NCBI GenBank assembly: GCA_964016885.1
Contig: OZ024740.1
Location: 20,956,001-21,020,000 of the forward strand
Reading direction: 5' to 3'
Source: Eledone cirrhosa
Lineage: Eukaryota
DNA: 64,000 nucleotides
Below are positions 16,301-31,400 of this stretch, one piece after another. Position numbers and translations under genes: made by a program. Position 1 is the first letter of the stretch, and each line of letters opens with the position of its first letter. A model generated the notes under the pieces. That model saw only the letters and a program-made list of their open reading frames with translations, ran no database searches and was not told the origin of the DNA.

Positions 16301-19300
16301 ACAATATACCATTCCTTGTTTCAATGTGATATTAACAGACAGTATATCTTGGACTACATTAGACAATGTACCATTCCTTCTTTCAAGGAGATATTATCAG
16401 ACAGTATATCTTGGACTACATTAGACAATGTACCATTCCTTCTTTCAATGTCATATTATCAGACAGTATATCTTGGACTACATTAGACAATATACCATTC
16501 CTTCTTTCAATGTGATATTATCAGACAGTATATCTTGGACTACATTAGACAATGTACCATTCCTTCTTTCAAGGTGATATTATCAGACAGTATATCTTGG
16601 ACTACATTAGACGATGTACCATTCCTTCTTTCAATGTGATATTATCAGACAGTATATCTTGCACTACATTAGACAATGTACCATTCCTTCTTTCAATGGG
16701 ATATTATCAGACAGTATATCTTGGACTACACTAGACAATATACCATTCCTTGTTTAAATGTGATATTATCAGACAGTATATCTTGGACTACATTAGACAA
16801 TGCACCATTCCTTCTTTCAAGGTGATATTATCAGACAGTATATCTTGGATTACATTAGCCAATGTACCATTCCTTCTTTCAAGGTGATATTATCAGACAG
16901 TATATCTTGGATTACATTAGACAATGTACCATTCCTTCTTTCAAGGTGATATTATCAGATAGTATATCTTGGACTACATTAGACAATGTACCATTCCTTC
17001 TTTCAAGGTAATATTTTCAGACAGTATATCTTGGACTATATTAGACAATGTACCATTCCTTCTTTCAATGTGATATAATCAGATAGTATACCTTGGACTA
17101 CATTAGACAATGTACCATTCCTTCTTTCAATTGATATTATCAGACAGTATATCTTGGACTACATTAGACAATGTACCATTCCTTCTTTCAATGGGATATT
17201 ATCAGACAGTATATCTTCGACTACATTAGACAATATACCATTCCTTCTTTCAATGTGATATTATCAGACAGTATATCTTGGACTACATCAGACAATGGAC
17301 CATTCCTTCTTTCAATGTGATATTATCAGACAGTATATCTTGGACTACATTAGACAATATACCATTCCTTGTTTCAATGTGATATTATCAGACAGTATAA
17401 CTTGGACTACATTAGACAATGTACCATTCCTTCTTTCAATGTGATATTATTAGACAGTATATCTTGGACTACATTAGACAATATACCATTCCTTCTTTCA
17501 AGGTGATATAATCAGACAGTATATCTTGGACTACATTAGACAATGTACCATTCCTTCTTTCATGGTGATATTATCAGAGAGTATATCTTGGACTACATTA
17601 CACCATGTACCATTCCTTCTTTCAATGTGATATTAACAGACAGTATATCTTGGACTACATTAGATGATGTACCATTCCTTCTTTCAATGTGATATTATCA
17701 GACAGTATAACTTGGACTACATTAGAGAATGTACCATTCCTTCTTTCAAGGTGATATTATCAGACAGTATATCTTGGACTACATTAGACAATGTACCATT
17801 CCTTGTTTCTATGTGATATTATCAGACAGTATATCTTGGACTACATTAAACAATGTACCATTCCTTCTTTCAATGTTATATTATCAGACAGTATAACTTG
17901 GACTACATTAGACGATGTACCATTCCTTCTTTCAATGTCATATTATCAGACAGTATAACTTGGACTACATTAGACAATGTACCATTCCTTCTTTCAAGGT
18001 GATATTATCAGACAGTATATCTTGGACAACATTAGACGATGTACCATTCCTTCTTTCAATGTCATATTATCAGACAGTATATCTTGGACTACATTAGACA
18101 ATATACCATTCCTTCTTTCAATGTGATATTATCAGACAGTATATCTTGGACTACAATAGACAATGTACCATTCCTTCTTTCAAGGTGATATTATCAGACA
18201 GTATATCTTGGACTACATTAGACGATTAACCATTCCTTCTTTCAATGTCATATTATCAGACAGTATATCTTGCACTACATTAGACAATGTACCATTCCTT
18301 CTTTCAAGGTGATATTATCAGACAGTATATCTTGGACTACATTAGACGATGTAGCATTCCTTCTTTCAATGTGATATTATCAGACAGTATATCTTGGACT
18401 ACATTAGACAATATACCATTCCTTCTTTCAATGTGATATTATCAGACAGTATATCTTGGACTACATTAAACAATGTACCATTCCTTCTTTCAATGTTATA
18501 TTATCAGACAGTATAACTTGGACTACATTAGACGATGTACCATTCCTTCTTTCAATGTCATATTATCAGACAGTATATCTTGCACTACATTAGACAATGT
18601 ACCATTCCTTCTTTCAAGGTGATAATATCAGACAGTATATCTTGGACTACATTAGACGATGTAGCATTCCTTCTTTCAATGTGATATTATCAGACAGTAT
18701 ATCTTGGACTACATTAGACAATATACCATTCCTTCTTTCAATGTGATATTATCAGACAGTATATCTTGGACTACATTAGACAATGTACCATTCCTTCTTT
18801 CAATGTGATATTATCAGACAGTATATCTTGGACTACATTAGACAATATACCATTCCTTCTTTCAATGTGATATTATCAGACAGTATATCTTGGACTACAT
18901 TAGTCAATGTACCATTTCTTCTTTCAAGGTGATATTATCAGACAGTATATCTTGGACTACATTAGACGATGTACCATTCCTTCTTTCAAGGTGATATTAT
19001 CAGACAGTATAACTTCGACTACATTAGACAATGTACCATTCCTTCTTTCAAGGTGATATTATCAGACAGTATATCTTGGACTACAGTAGACAATATACCA
19101 TTCCTTGTTTCAATGTCATATTATCAGACAGTATATCTTGGACTACATTAGACAATGTACCATTTCTTCTTTCAATGTGATATTATCAGACAGTATATCT
19201 TGGACTACATTAGAAAATATACCATTCCTTCTTTCAAGATGATATCATCAGACAGTATATCTTGGACTACATTAGACAATGTACCATTCCTTCATTTAAT

Positions 19301-22300
19301 GGGATATTATCAGACAGTATATCTTGGACTACATTAGACAATGTACCATTGCTTCTTTCAAGGTGATATTATCAGACAGTATATCCTGGACTACATTAGA
19401 CAATATACCATTCCTTGTTTCAATGTGATATTAACAGACAGTATATCTTGGACTACATTAGACAATGTACCATTCCTTCTTTCAAGGAGATATTATCAGA
19501 CAGTATATCTTGGACTACATTAGACAATGTACCATTCCTTCTTTCAATGTCATATTATCAGACAGTATATCTTGGACTACATTAGACAATATACCATTCC
19601 TTCTTTCAATGTGATATTATCAGACAGTATATCTTGGACTACATTAGACAATGTACCATTCCTTCTTTCAAGGTGATATTATCAGACAGTATATCTTGGA
19701 CTACATTAGACGATGTACCATTCCTTCTTTCAATGTGATATTATCAGACAGTATATCTTGCACTACATTAGACAATGTACCATTCCTTCTTTCAATGGGA
19801 TATTATCAGACAGTATATCTTGGACTACACTAGACAATATACCATTCCTTGTTTAAATGTGATATTATCAGACAGTATATCTTGGACTACATTAGACAAT
19901 GCACCATTCCTTCTTTCAAGGTGATATTATCAGACAGTATATCTTGGATTACATTAGCCAATGTACCATTCCTTCTTTCAAGGTGATATTATCAGACAGT
20001 ATATCTTGGATTACATTAGACAATGTACCATTCCTTCTTTCAAGGTGATATTATCAGATAGTATATCTTGGACTACATTAGACAATGTACCATTCCTTCT
20101 TTCAAGGTAATATTTTCAGACAGTATATCTTGGACTATATTAGACAATGTACCATTCCTTCTTTCAATGTGATATAATCAGATAGTATACCTTGGACTAC
20201 ATTAGACAATGTACCATTCCTTCTTTCAATTGATATTATCAGACAGTATATCTTGGACTACATTAGACAATGTACCATTCCTTCTTTCAATGGGATATTA
20301 TCAGACAGTATATCTTCGACTACATTAGACAATATACCATTCCTTCTTTCAATGTGATATTATCAGACAGTATATCTTGGACTACATCAGACAATGGACC
20401 ATTCCTTCTTTCAATGTGATATTATCAGACAGTATATCTTGGACTACATTAGACAATATACCATTCCTTGTTTCAATGTGATATTATCAGACAGTATAAC
20501 TTGGACTACATTAGACAATGTACCATTCCTTCTTTCAATGTGATATTATTAGACAGTATATCTTGGACTACATTAGACAATATACCATTCCTTCTTTCAA
20601 GGTGATATAATCAGACAGTATATCTTGGACTACATTAGACAATGTACCATTCCTTCTTTCATGGTGATATTATCAGAGAGTATATCTTGGACTACATTAC
20701 ACCATGTCCCATTCCTTCTTTCAATGTGATATTAACAGACAGTATATCTTGGACTACATTAGATGATGTACCATTCCTTCTTTCAATGTGATATTATCAG
20801 ACAGTATAACTTGGACTACATTAGAGAATGTACCATTCCTTCTTTCAAGGTGATATTATCAGACAGTATATCTTGGACTACATTAGACAATGTACCATTC
20901 CTTGTTTCTATGTGATATTATCAGACAGTATATCTTGGACTACATTAAACAATGTACCATTCCTTCTTTCAATGTTATATTATCAGACAGTATAACTTGG
21001 ACTACATTAGACGATGTACCATTCCTTCTTTCAATGTCATATTATCAGACAGTATAACTTGGACTACATTAGACAATGTACCATTCCTTCTTTCAAGGTG
21101 ATATTATCAGACAGTATATCTTGGACAACATTAGACGATGTACCATTCCTTCTTTCAATGTCATATTATCAGACAGTATATCTTGGACTACATTAGACAA
21201 TATACCATTCCTTCTTTCAATGTGATATTATCAGACAGTATATCTTGGACTACAATAGACAATGTACCATTCCTTCTTTCAAGGTGATATTATCAGACAG
21301 TATATCTTGGACTACATTAGACGATTAACCATTCCTTCTTTCAATGTCATATTATCAGACAGTATATCTTGCACTACATTAGACAATGTACCATTCCTTC
21401 TTTCAAGGTGATATTATCAGACAGTATATCTTGGACTACATTAGACGATGTAGCATTCCTTCTTTCAATGTGATATTATCAGACAGTATATCTTGGACTA
21501 CATTAGACAATATACCATTCCTTCTTTCAATGTGATATTATCAGACAGTATATCTTGGACTACATTAAACAATGTACCATTCCTTCTTTCAATGTTATAT
21601 TATCAGACAGTATAACTTGGACTACATTAGACGATGTACCATTCCTTCTTTCAATGTCATATTATCAGACAGTATATCTTGCACTACATTAGACAATGTA
21701 CCATTCCTTCTTTCAAGGTGATAATATCAGACAGTATATCTTGGACTACATTAGACGATGTAGCATTCCTTCTTTCAATGTGATATTATCAGACAGTATA
21801 TCTTGGACTACATTAGACAATATACCATTCCTTCTTTCAATGTGATATTATCAGACAGTATATCTTGGACTACATTAGACAATGTACCATTCCTTCTTTC
21901 AATGTGATATTATCAGACAGTATAACTTGGACTACATTAGACAATATACCATTCCTTCTTTCAATGTGATATTATCAGACAGTATATCTTGGACTACATT
22001 AGTCAATGTACCATTTCTTCTTTCAAGGTGATATTATCAGACAGTATATCTTGGACTACATTAGACGATGTACCATTCCTTCTTTCAAGGTGATATTATC
22101 AGACAGTATAACTTCGACTACATTAGACAATGTACCATTCCTTCTTTCAAGGTGATATTATCAGACAGTATATCTTGGACTACAGTAGACAATATACCAT
22201 TCCTTGTTTCAATGTCATATTATCAGACAGTATATCTTGGACTACATTAGACAATGTACCATTTCTTCTTTCAATGTGATATTATCAGACAGTATATCTT

Positions 22301-22420
22301 GGACTACATTAGAAAATATACCATTCCTTCTTTCAAGATGATATCATCAGACAGTATATCTTGGACTACATTAGACAATGTACCATTCCTTCATTTAATG
22401 GGATATTATCAGACAGTATA
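13330..22420. repeat. 50-monomer HOR (3099 bp), about 2.9 tandem copies (HOR-A)
   Basis: ORF series 13454/16552/19651, 14816/17915/21014 and 15870/18969/22068. 3099 = 50x62-1 (the caattgat deletion). The first copy is 3098 bp because of a private 1-bp deletion at ~14053. Confidence 0.95.
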
Positions 22421-25400
22421 CCTTCGACTACATTAGACAATATACCATTCCTTGTTTCAATGTGATATTATCAGACAGTATATCTTGGACTACATTAGAC
22501 AATGTACCATTGCTTCTTTCAAGGTGATATTATCAGACAGTATATCCTGGACTACATTAGACAATATACCATTCCTTGTTTCAATGTGATATTAACAGAC
22601 AGTATATCTTGGACTACATTAGACAATGTACCATTCCTTCTTTCAAGGAGATATTATCAGACAGTATATCTTCGACTACATTAGACAATGTACCATTCCT
22701 TCTTTCAAGGAGATATTATCAGACAGTATATCTTCGACTACATTAGACAATGTACCATTCCTTCTTACAAGGTGATATTATCAGACAGTATATCTTGGAC
22801 TACATTAGACAATGTACCATTCCTACTTTCAATGTGATATTATCAGACAGTATATCTTGGACTACATTAGACAATGTACCATTTATTCTTTCAATGTGAT
22901 ATTATCAGACAGTATATCTTGGGCTACATTAGACAATATACCAGTCCGTGTTTCAACGTGATATTATCAGACAGTATATCTTGGACTACAATAGACAATG
23001 TACCATTTCTTCTTTCAATGTGATATCATCAGACAGTATATCATGGACTATATTAGACAATGTACCATTCCTTCTTTCAATGTGATATTATCATACAATA
23101 TCTTGGACTACATTAAACAATGTAACATTCCTTCTTTCAATGTGATATTATCAGACAGTATAACTTGGACTACATTAGACAATATACCTTTCCTTCTTTC
23201 AATGTGATATTATCAGACAGTATATCTTGGACTACATTAGACAATGTACCATTCATTCTTTCAATGTCATATTATCAGACAGTATAACTTGGACTACATT
23301 AGACAATATACCATTCCTTCTTTCAATGTGATATTATCAGACAGTATATCTTGGACTACATTAGACAATGTACCATTCCTTCTTTCAATGTGATATTATC
23401 AGACAGTATATCTTGGACTACATTAGACAATATACCATTCCTTCTTTCAATGTGATATTATCAGACAGTATATCTTGGACTACATTAGACAATGTACCAT
23501 TTCTTCTTTCAAGGTGATATTATCAGACAGTATATCTTGGACTACATTAGACGATGTACCATTCCTTCTTTCAAGGTGATATTATCAGACAGTATAACTT
23601 CGACTACATTAGACAATGTACCATTCCTTCTTTCAAGGTGATATTATCAGACAGTATAACTTGGACTACATTAGACAATATACCTTTCCTTCTTTCAATG
23701 TGATATTATCAGACAGTATATCTTGGACTACATTAGACAATGTACCATTCATTCTTTCAATGTCATATTATCAGACAGTATATCTTGGACTATATTAGAC
23801 AATGTACCATTCCTTCTTTCAAGGTGATGTTATCAGACAGTATATCTTGGACTACATTAGACAATCTACCATTCCTTCTTTCAAGGTGATATTATCAGTC
23901 AGTATATCTTGGACTACATTAGACGATGTACCATTCCTTCTTTCAATGTCATATTATCAGACAGTATATCTTGGACTACATTAGACAATGTACCATTGCT
24001 TCTTTCAAGGTGATATTATCAGACAGTATATCTTGGACTACATTAGACGATGTACCATTCATTCTTTCAATGTCATATTATCAGACAGTATATCTTGGAC
24101 TACATTAGACAATATACCATTCCTTCTTTCAATGTGATATTATCAGTATCAGACAGTATATCTTGGACTACATTAGACAATGTACCATTCCTTCTTTCAA
24201 TGTGATATTATCAGACAGTATATCTTGGACTACATTAGACAATATACCATTCCTTCTTTCAATGTGATATTATCAGACAGTATATCTTGGACTACATTAG
24301 ACAATGTACCATTTCTTCTTTCAAGGTGATATTATCAGACAGTATATCTTGGACTACATTAGACAATGTACCATTCCTTCTTTCAATGGGATATTATCAG
24401 ACAGTATATCTTGGACTACATTAGACAATATACCATTCCTTGTTTCAATGTGATATTATCAGACAGTATATCTTGGACTACATTATACAATGTACCATTC
24501 CTTCTTTCAATGTCATATTATCAGACAGTATATCTTCGACTACATTAGACAATATAGCATTCCTTCTTTCAACGTGATATTATCAGACTTTTTTTCTTGG
24601 ACTACAGTAGACAATGTACCATTCCTTCTTTCAAGGTGATATTATCAGACAGTATATCTTGGACTACAGTAGACAATGTACCATTCCTACTTTCAATATG
24701 ATATTATCAGACAGTATATCTTGGACTACATTAGACAATGTACCATTCCTTGTTTCAATGTGATATTATCAGACAGTATATCTTCGACTACATTAGACAA
24801 TATAGCATTCCTTCTTTCAATGTGATATTATCAGACAGTATATCTTCGACTACATTAGACAATATAGCATTCCTTCTTTCAATGTGATATTATCAGACAG
24901 TATATCTTGGACCACAGTAGACAATGTACCATTCCTTCTTTCAAGGTGATATTATCAGACAGTATATCTTGGACTACAGTAGACAATGTACCATTCCTAC
25001 TTTCAATGTGATATTATCAGACAGTATATCTTGGACTACATTAGACAATGTACCATTTATTCTTTCAAGGTGATATTATCAGACAGTATATCTTGGGCTA
25101 CATTAGACAATATATCAGTCCTTGTTTCAACGTGATATTATCAGACAGTATAACTTGGACTACAATAGACAATGTACCATTTCTTCTTTCAATGTGATAT
25201 CATCAGACAGTATATCTTGGACTACATTAGACAATGTACCATTCCTTCATTCAATGGGATATTATCAGACAGTATATCTTGGACTACTTTAGACAATATA
25301 CCATTCCTCTTTTCATTGTGATATTATCAGACAGTATATCTTGGACTACATTAGACAATGTACCATTCCTTCTTTCAAGGTGATATTATCAGACAGTATA

Positions 25401-28400
25401 TCTTGGACTACATTAGACAATGTACCATTTCTTCTTTCAAGGTGATATTATCAGACAGTATATCTTGGACTACATTAGACGATGTACCATTCCTTCTTTC
25501 AAGGTGATATTATCAGACAGTATAACTTGGACTACATTAGACAATATACCTTTCCTTCTTTCAATGTGATATTATCAGACAGTATATCTTGGACTACATT
25601 AGACAATGTACCATTCATTCTTTCAATGTCATATTATCAGACAGTATAACTTGGACTACATTAGACAATATACCATTCCTTCTTTCAATGTGATATTATC
25701 AGACAGTATATCTTGGACTACATTAGACAATGTACGATTTCTTCTTTCAAGGTGATATTATCAGACAGTATATCTTGGACTACATTAGACGATGTACCAT
25801 TCCTTCTTTCAAGGTGATATTATCAGACAGTATAACTTCGACTACATTAGACAATGTACCATTCCTTCTTTCAAGGTGATATTATCAGACAGTATATCTT
25901 GGACTACATTAGACGATATAACATTCCTTCTTTCAATGTCATATTATCAGACAGTATATCTTGGACTACATTAGACAATATACCATTCCTTCTTTATTAT
26001 CAGACAGTATATCAGGGACTACATTAAACAATGTAACATTCCTTCTTTCAATGTGATATTATCAGACAGTATATATTGGACTGCATTAGACAATGTACCA
26101 TTCCTTCTTTCAATTTGATATTATCAGACAGTATAGCTTGGACTACATTAGACAATGTACTATTCCTTCTTTCAATGTGATTTTATCTTGGACTACAGTA
26201 GACAATATACCATTTCTTCTTTCAAGGTGATATTATCAGACAGTATATCTTGGACTACATTATACAATGTACCATTCCTTCTTTCAATGTCATATTATCA
26301 GACAGTATATCTTCGACTACATTAAACAATATAGCATTCCTTCTTTCAATGTGATATTATCAGACAGTATATCTTGGACTACAGTAGACAATGTACCATT
26401 CCCTCTTTCAAGGTGATATTATCAGAGAGTATATCTTGGACTACAGTAGACAATGTACCATTCCTACTTTCAATGTGATATCATCAGACAGTATATCCTG
26501 GACTACATTAGACAATGTACCATTCCTTCATTCAATGGGATATTATCAGACAGTATATCTTGGACTACATTAGACAATATACCATTCCTTGTTTCAATGT
26601 GATATTATAAGACAGTATATCTTGGACTACATTAGACAATGTACCATTCCTTCTTTCAAGGTGATATTATCAGACAGTATATCTTGGACTACATTAGACA
26701 ATATACCATTCCTTGTTTCAATGTGATATTAACAGACAGCATATCTTGAACTACATTAGACAATGTACCATTCCTTCTTTCAAGGAGATATTATCAGACA
26801 GCATATCTTCGACTACATTAGACAATGTACCATTCCTTCTTTCAATGTGATATTATCAGACAGTATATCTTGGACTACATTATACAATGTACCATTCCTT
26901 CTTTCAAGGTGATATTATCAGACAGTATATCTTGGACTACATTCGACAATGTACCATTCCTTCTTTCAATGTCATATTATCAGACAGTATATCTTCGACT
27001 ACATTAGGCAATATACCATTCCATCTTTCAATGTGATATTAACAAACAGTATATCTTGGACTACATTAGACAATGTACCATTCCTACTTTCAACGTGATA
27101 TTATCAGACAGTATATCTTGGACTACATTAGACAATGTACCATTTATTCTTTCAATGTGATATTATCACACAGTATATCTTGGGCTACATTAGACAATAT
27201 ACCAGTCCTTGTTTCAACGTGATATTATCAGACAGTATATCTTGGACTACAATAGACAATGTACCATTTCTTCTTTCAATGTGATATTATCAGACAGTAT
27301 ATCTTCGATTACATTAGACAATCTACCATTCCTTCTTTCAATGTGATATTATCAGACAGTATATCTTGGACTACATTAGACAATGTACCATTCCTTCTTT
27401 CAATGTGATATTATCAGACAGTATATCTTGGACTACATTAGAAAATATACCATTCCTTCTTTCAAGGTGATATTATCAGACAGTATATCTTGGAGTACAT
27501 TAGACAATGTACCATTCCTTCTTTACATGGGATATTATCAGACAGTATATCTTGGACTACATTAGACAATATACCATTCCTTGTTTCAATGTGATATTAT
27601 CAGACAGTATAACTTGGACTACATTAGACAATGTACCATTCCTTCTTTCAAGGTGATATTAACAGACAGTATATCTTGGACTACATTAGACAATGGACCA
27701 TTCCTAATTTCAAGGAGATATTATCAGACAGTATATCTACGACTACATTAGACAATGTACCATTCCTTCTTTCAAGGTGATATTATCAGACAGTATATCT
27801 TGGACTACATTAGACAATGTACCATTCCTTCTTTCAATGTCATATTATCAGACAGTATATCTTGGACTATATTAGACAATGTACCATTCCTTCTTTCAAG
27901 GTGATGTTATCAGACAGTATATCTTGGACTACATTAGACAATCTACCATTCCTTCTTTCAAGGTGATATTATCAGTCAGTATATCTTGGACTACATTAGA
28001 CGATGTACCATTCCTTCTTTCAATGTCATATTATCAGACAGTATATCTTGGACTACATTAGACAATGTACCATTGCTTCTTTCAAGGTGATATTATCAGA
28101 CAGTATATCTTGGACTACAATAGACAATGTACCATTCCTTCTTTCAAGGTGATATTATCAGACAGTATATCTTGGACTACATTAGACGATTAACCATTCC
28201 TTCTTTCAATGTCATATTATCAGACAGTATATCTTGCACTACATTAGACAATGTACCATTCCTTCTTTCAAGGTGATATTATCAGACAGTATATCTTGGA
28301 CTACATTAGACGATGTAGCATTCCTTCTTTCAATGTGATATTATCAGACAGTATATCTTGGACTACATTAGACAATATACCATTCCTTCTTTCAATGTGA

Positions 28401-31400
28401 TATTATCAGACAGTATATCTTGGACTACATTAAACAATGTACCATTCCTTCTTTCAATGTTATATTATCAGACAGTATAACTTGGACTACATTAGACGAT
28501 GTACCATTCCTTCTTTCAATGTCATATTATCAGACAGTATATCTTGCACTACATTAGACAATGTACCATTCCTTCTTTCAAGGTGATAATATCAGACAGT
28601 ATATCTTGGACTACATTAGACGATGTAGCATTCCTTCTTTCAATGTGATATTATCAGACAGTATATCTTGGACTACATTAGACAATATACCATTCCTTCT
28701 TTCAATGTGATATTATCAGACAGTATATCTTGGACTACATTAGACAATGTACCATTCCTTCTTTCAATGTGATATTATCAGACAGTATATCTTGGACTAC
28801 ATTAGACAATATACCATTCCTTCTTTCAATGTGATATTATCAGACAGTATATCTTGGACTACATTAGTCAATGTACCATTTCTTCTTTCAAGGTGATATT
28901 ATCAGACAGTATATCTTGGACTACATTAGACGATGTACCATTCCTTCTTTCAAGGTGATATTATCAGACAGTATAACTTCGACTACATTAGACAATGTAC
29001 CATTCCTTCTTTCAAGGTGATATTATCAGACAGTATATCTTGGACTACAGTAGACAATATACCATTCCTTGTTTCAATGTCATATTATCAGACAGTATAT
29101 CTTGGACTACATTAGACAATGTACCATTTCTTCTTTCAATGTGATATTATCAGACAGTATATCTTGGACTACATTAGAAAATATACCATTCCTTCTTTCA
29201 AGATGATATCATCAGACAGTATATCTTGGACTACATTAGACAATGTACCATTCCTTCATTTAATGGGATATTATCAGACAGTATATCTTGGACTACATTA
29301 GACAATGTACCATTGCTTCTTTCAAGGTGATATTATCAGACAGTATATCCTGGACTACATTAGACAATATACCATTCCTTGTTTCAATGTGATATTAACA
29401 GACAGTATATCTTGGACTACATTAGACAATGTACCATTCCTTCTTTCAAGGAGATATTATCAGACAGTATATCTTGGACTACATTAGACAATGTACCATT
29501 CCTTCTTTCAATGTCATATTATCAGACAGTATATCTTGGACTACATTAGACAATATACCATTCCTTCTTTCAATGTGATATTATCAGACAGTATATCTTG
29601 GACTACATTAGACAATGTACCATTCCTTCTTTCAAGGTGATATTATCAGACAGTATATCTTGGACTACATTAGACGATGTACCATTCCTTCTTTCAATGT
29701 GATATTATCAGACAGTATATCTTGCACTACATTAGACAATGTACCATTCCTTCTTTCAATGGGATATTATCAGACAGTATATCTTGGACTACACTAGACA
29801 ATATACCATTCCTTGTTTAAATGTGATATTATCAGACAGTATATCTTGGACTACATTAGACAATGCACCATTCCTTCTTTCAAGGTGATATTATCAGACA
29901 GTATATCTTGGATTACATTAGCCAATGTACCATTCCTTCTTTCAAGGTGATATTATCAGACAGTATATCTTGGATTACATTAGACAATGTACCATTCCTT
30001 CTTTCAAGGTGATATTATCAGATAGTATATCTTGGACTACATTAGACAATGTACCATTCCTTCTTTCAAGGTAATATTTTCAGACAGTATATCTTGGACT
30101 ATATTAGACAATGTACCATTCCTTCTTTCAATGTGATATAATCAGATAGTATACCTTGGACTACATTAGACAATGTACCATTCCTTCTTTCAATTGATAT
30201 TATCAGACAGTATATCTTGGACTACATTAGACAATGTACCATTCCTTCTTTCAATGGGATATTATCAGACAGTATATCTTCGACTACATTAGACAATATA
30301 CCATTCCTTCTTTCAATGTGATATTATCAGACAGTATATCTTGGACTACATCAGACAATGGACCATTCCTTCTTTCAATGTGATATTATCAGACAGTATA
30401 TCTTGGACTACATTAGACAATATACCATTCCTTGTTTCAATGTGATATTATCAGACAGTATAACTTGGACTACATTAGACAATGTACCATTCCTTCTTTC
30501 AATGTGATATTATTAGACAGTATATCTTGGACTACATTAGACAATATACCATTCCTTCTTTCAAGGTGATATAATCAGACAGTATATCTTGGACTACATT
30601 AGACAATGTACCATTCCTTCTTTCATGGTGATATTATCAGAGAGTATATCTTGGACTACATTACACCATGTACCATTCCTTCTTTCAATGTGATATTAAC
30701 AGACAGTATATCTTGGACTACATTAGATGATGTACCATTCCTTCTTTCAATGTGATATTATCAGACAGTATAACTTGGACTACATTAGAGAATGTACCAT
30801 TCCTTCTTTCAAGGTGATATTATCAGACAGTATATCTTGGACTACATTAGACAATGTACCATTCCTTGTTTCTATGTGATATTATCAGACAGTATATCTT
30901 GGACTACATTAAACAATGTACCATTCCTTCTTTCAATGTTATATTATCAGACAGTATAACTTGGACTACATTAGACGATGTACCATTCCTTCTTTCAATG
31001 TCATATTATCAGACAGTATAACTTGGACTACATTAGACAATGTACCATTCCTTCTTTCAAGGTGATATTATCAGACAGTATATCTTGGACAACATTAGAC
31101 GATGTACCATTCCTTCTTTCAATGTCATATTATCAGACAGTATATCTTGGACTACATTAGACAATATACCATTCCTTCTTTCAATGTGATATTATCAGAC
31201 AGTATATCTTGGACTACAATAGACAATGTACCATTCCTTCTTTCAAGGTGATATTATCAGACAGTATATCTTGGACTACATTAGACGATTAACCATTCCT
31301 TCTTTCAATGTCATATTATCAGACAGTATATCTTGCACTACATTAGACAATGTACCATTCCTTCTTTCAAGGTGATATTATCAGACAGTATATCTTGGAC

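Noticed and set aside
24589-24595. Poly(A) tail of an antisense retro-insertion, or an intrinsic terminator
   Set aside because: It is a length-neutral replacement with no element body or target-site duplication and no GC-rich hairpin upstream.
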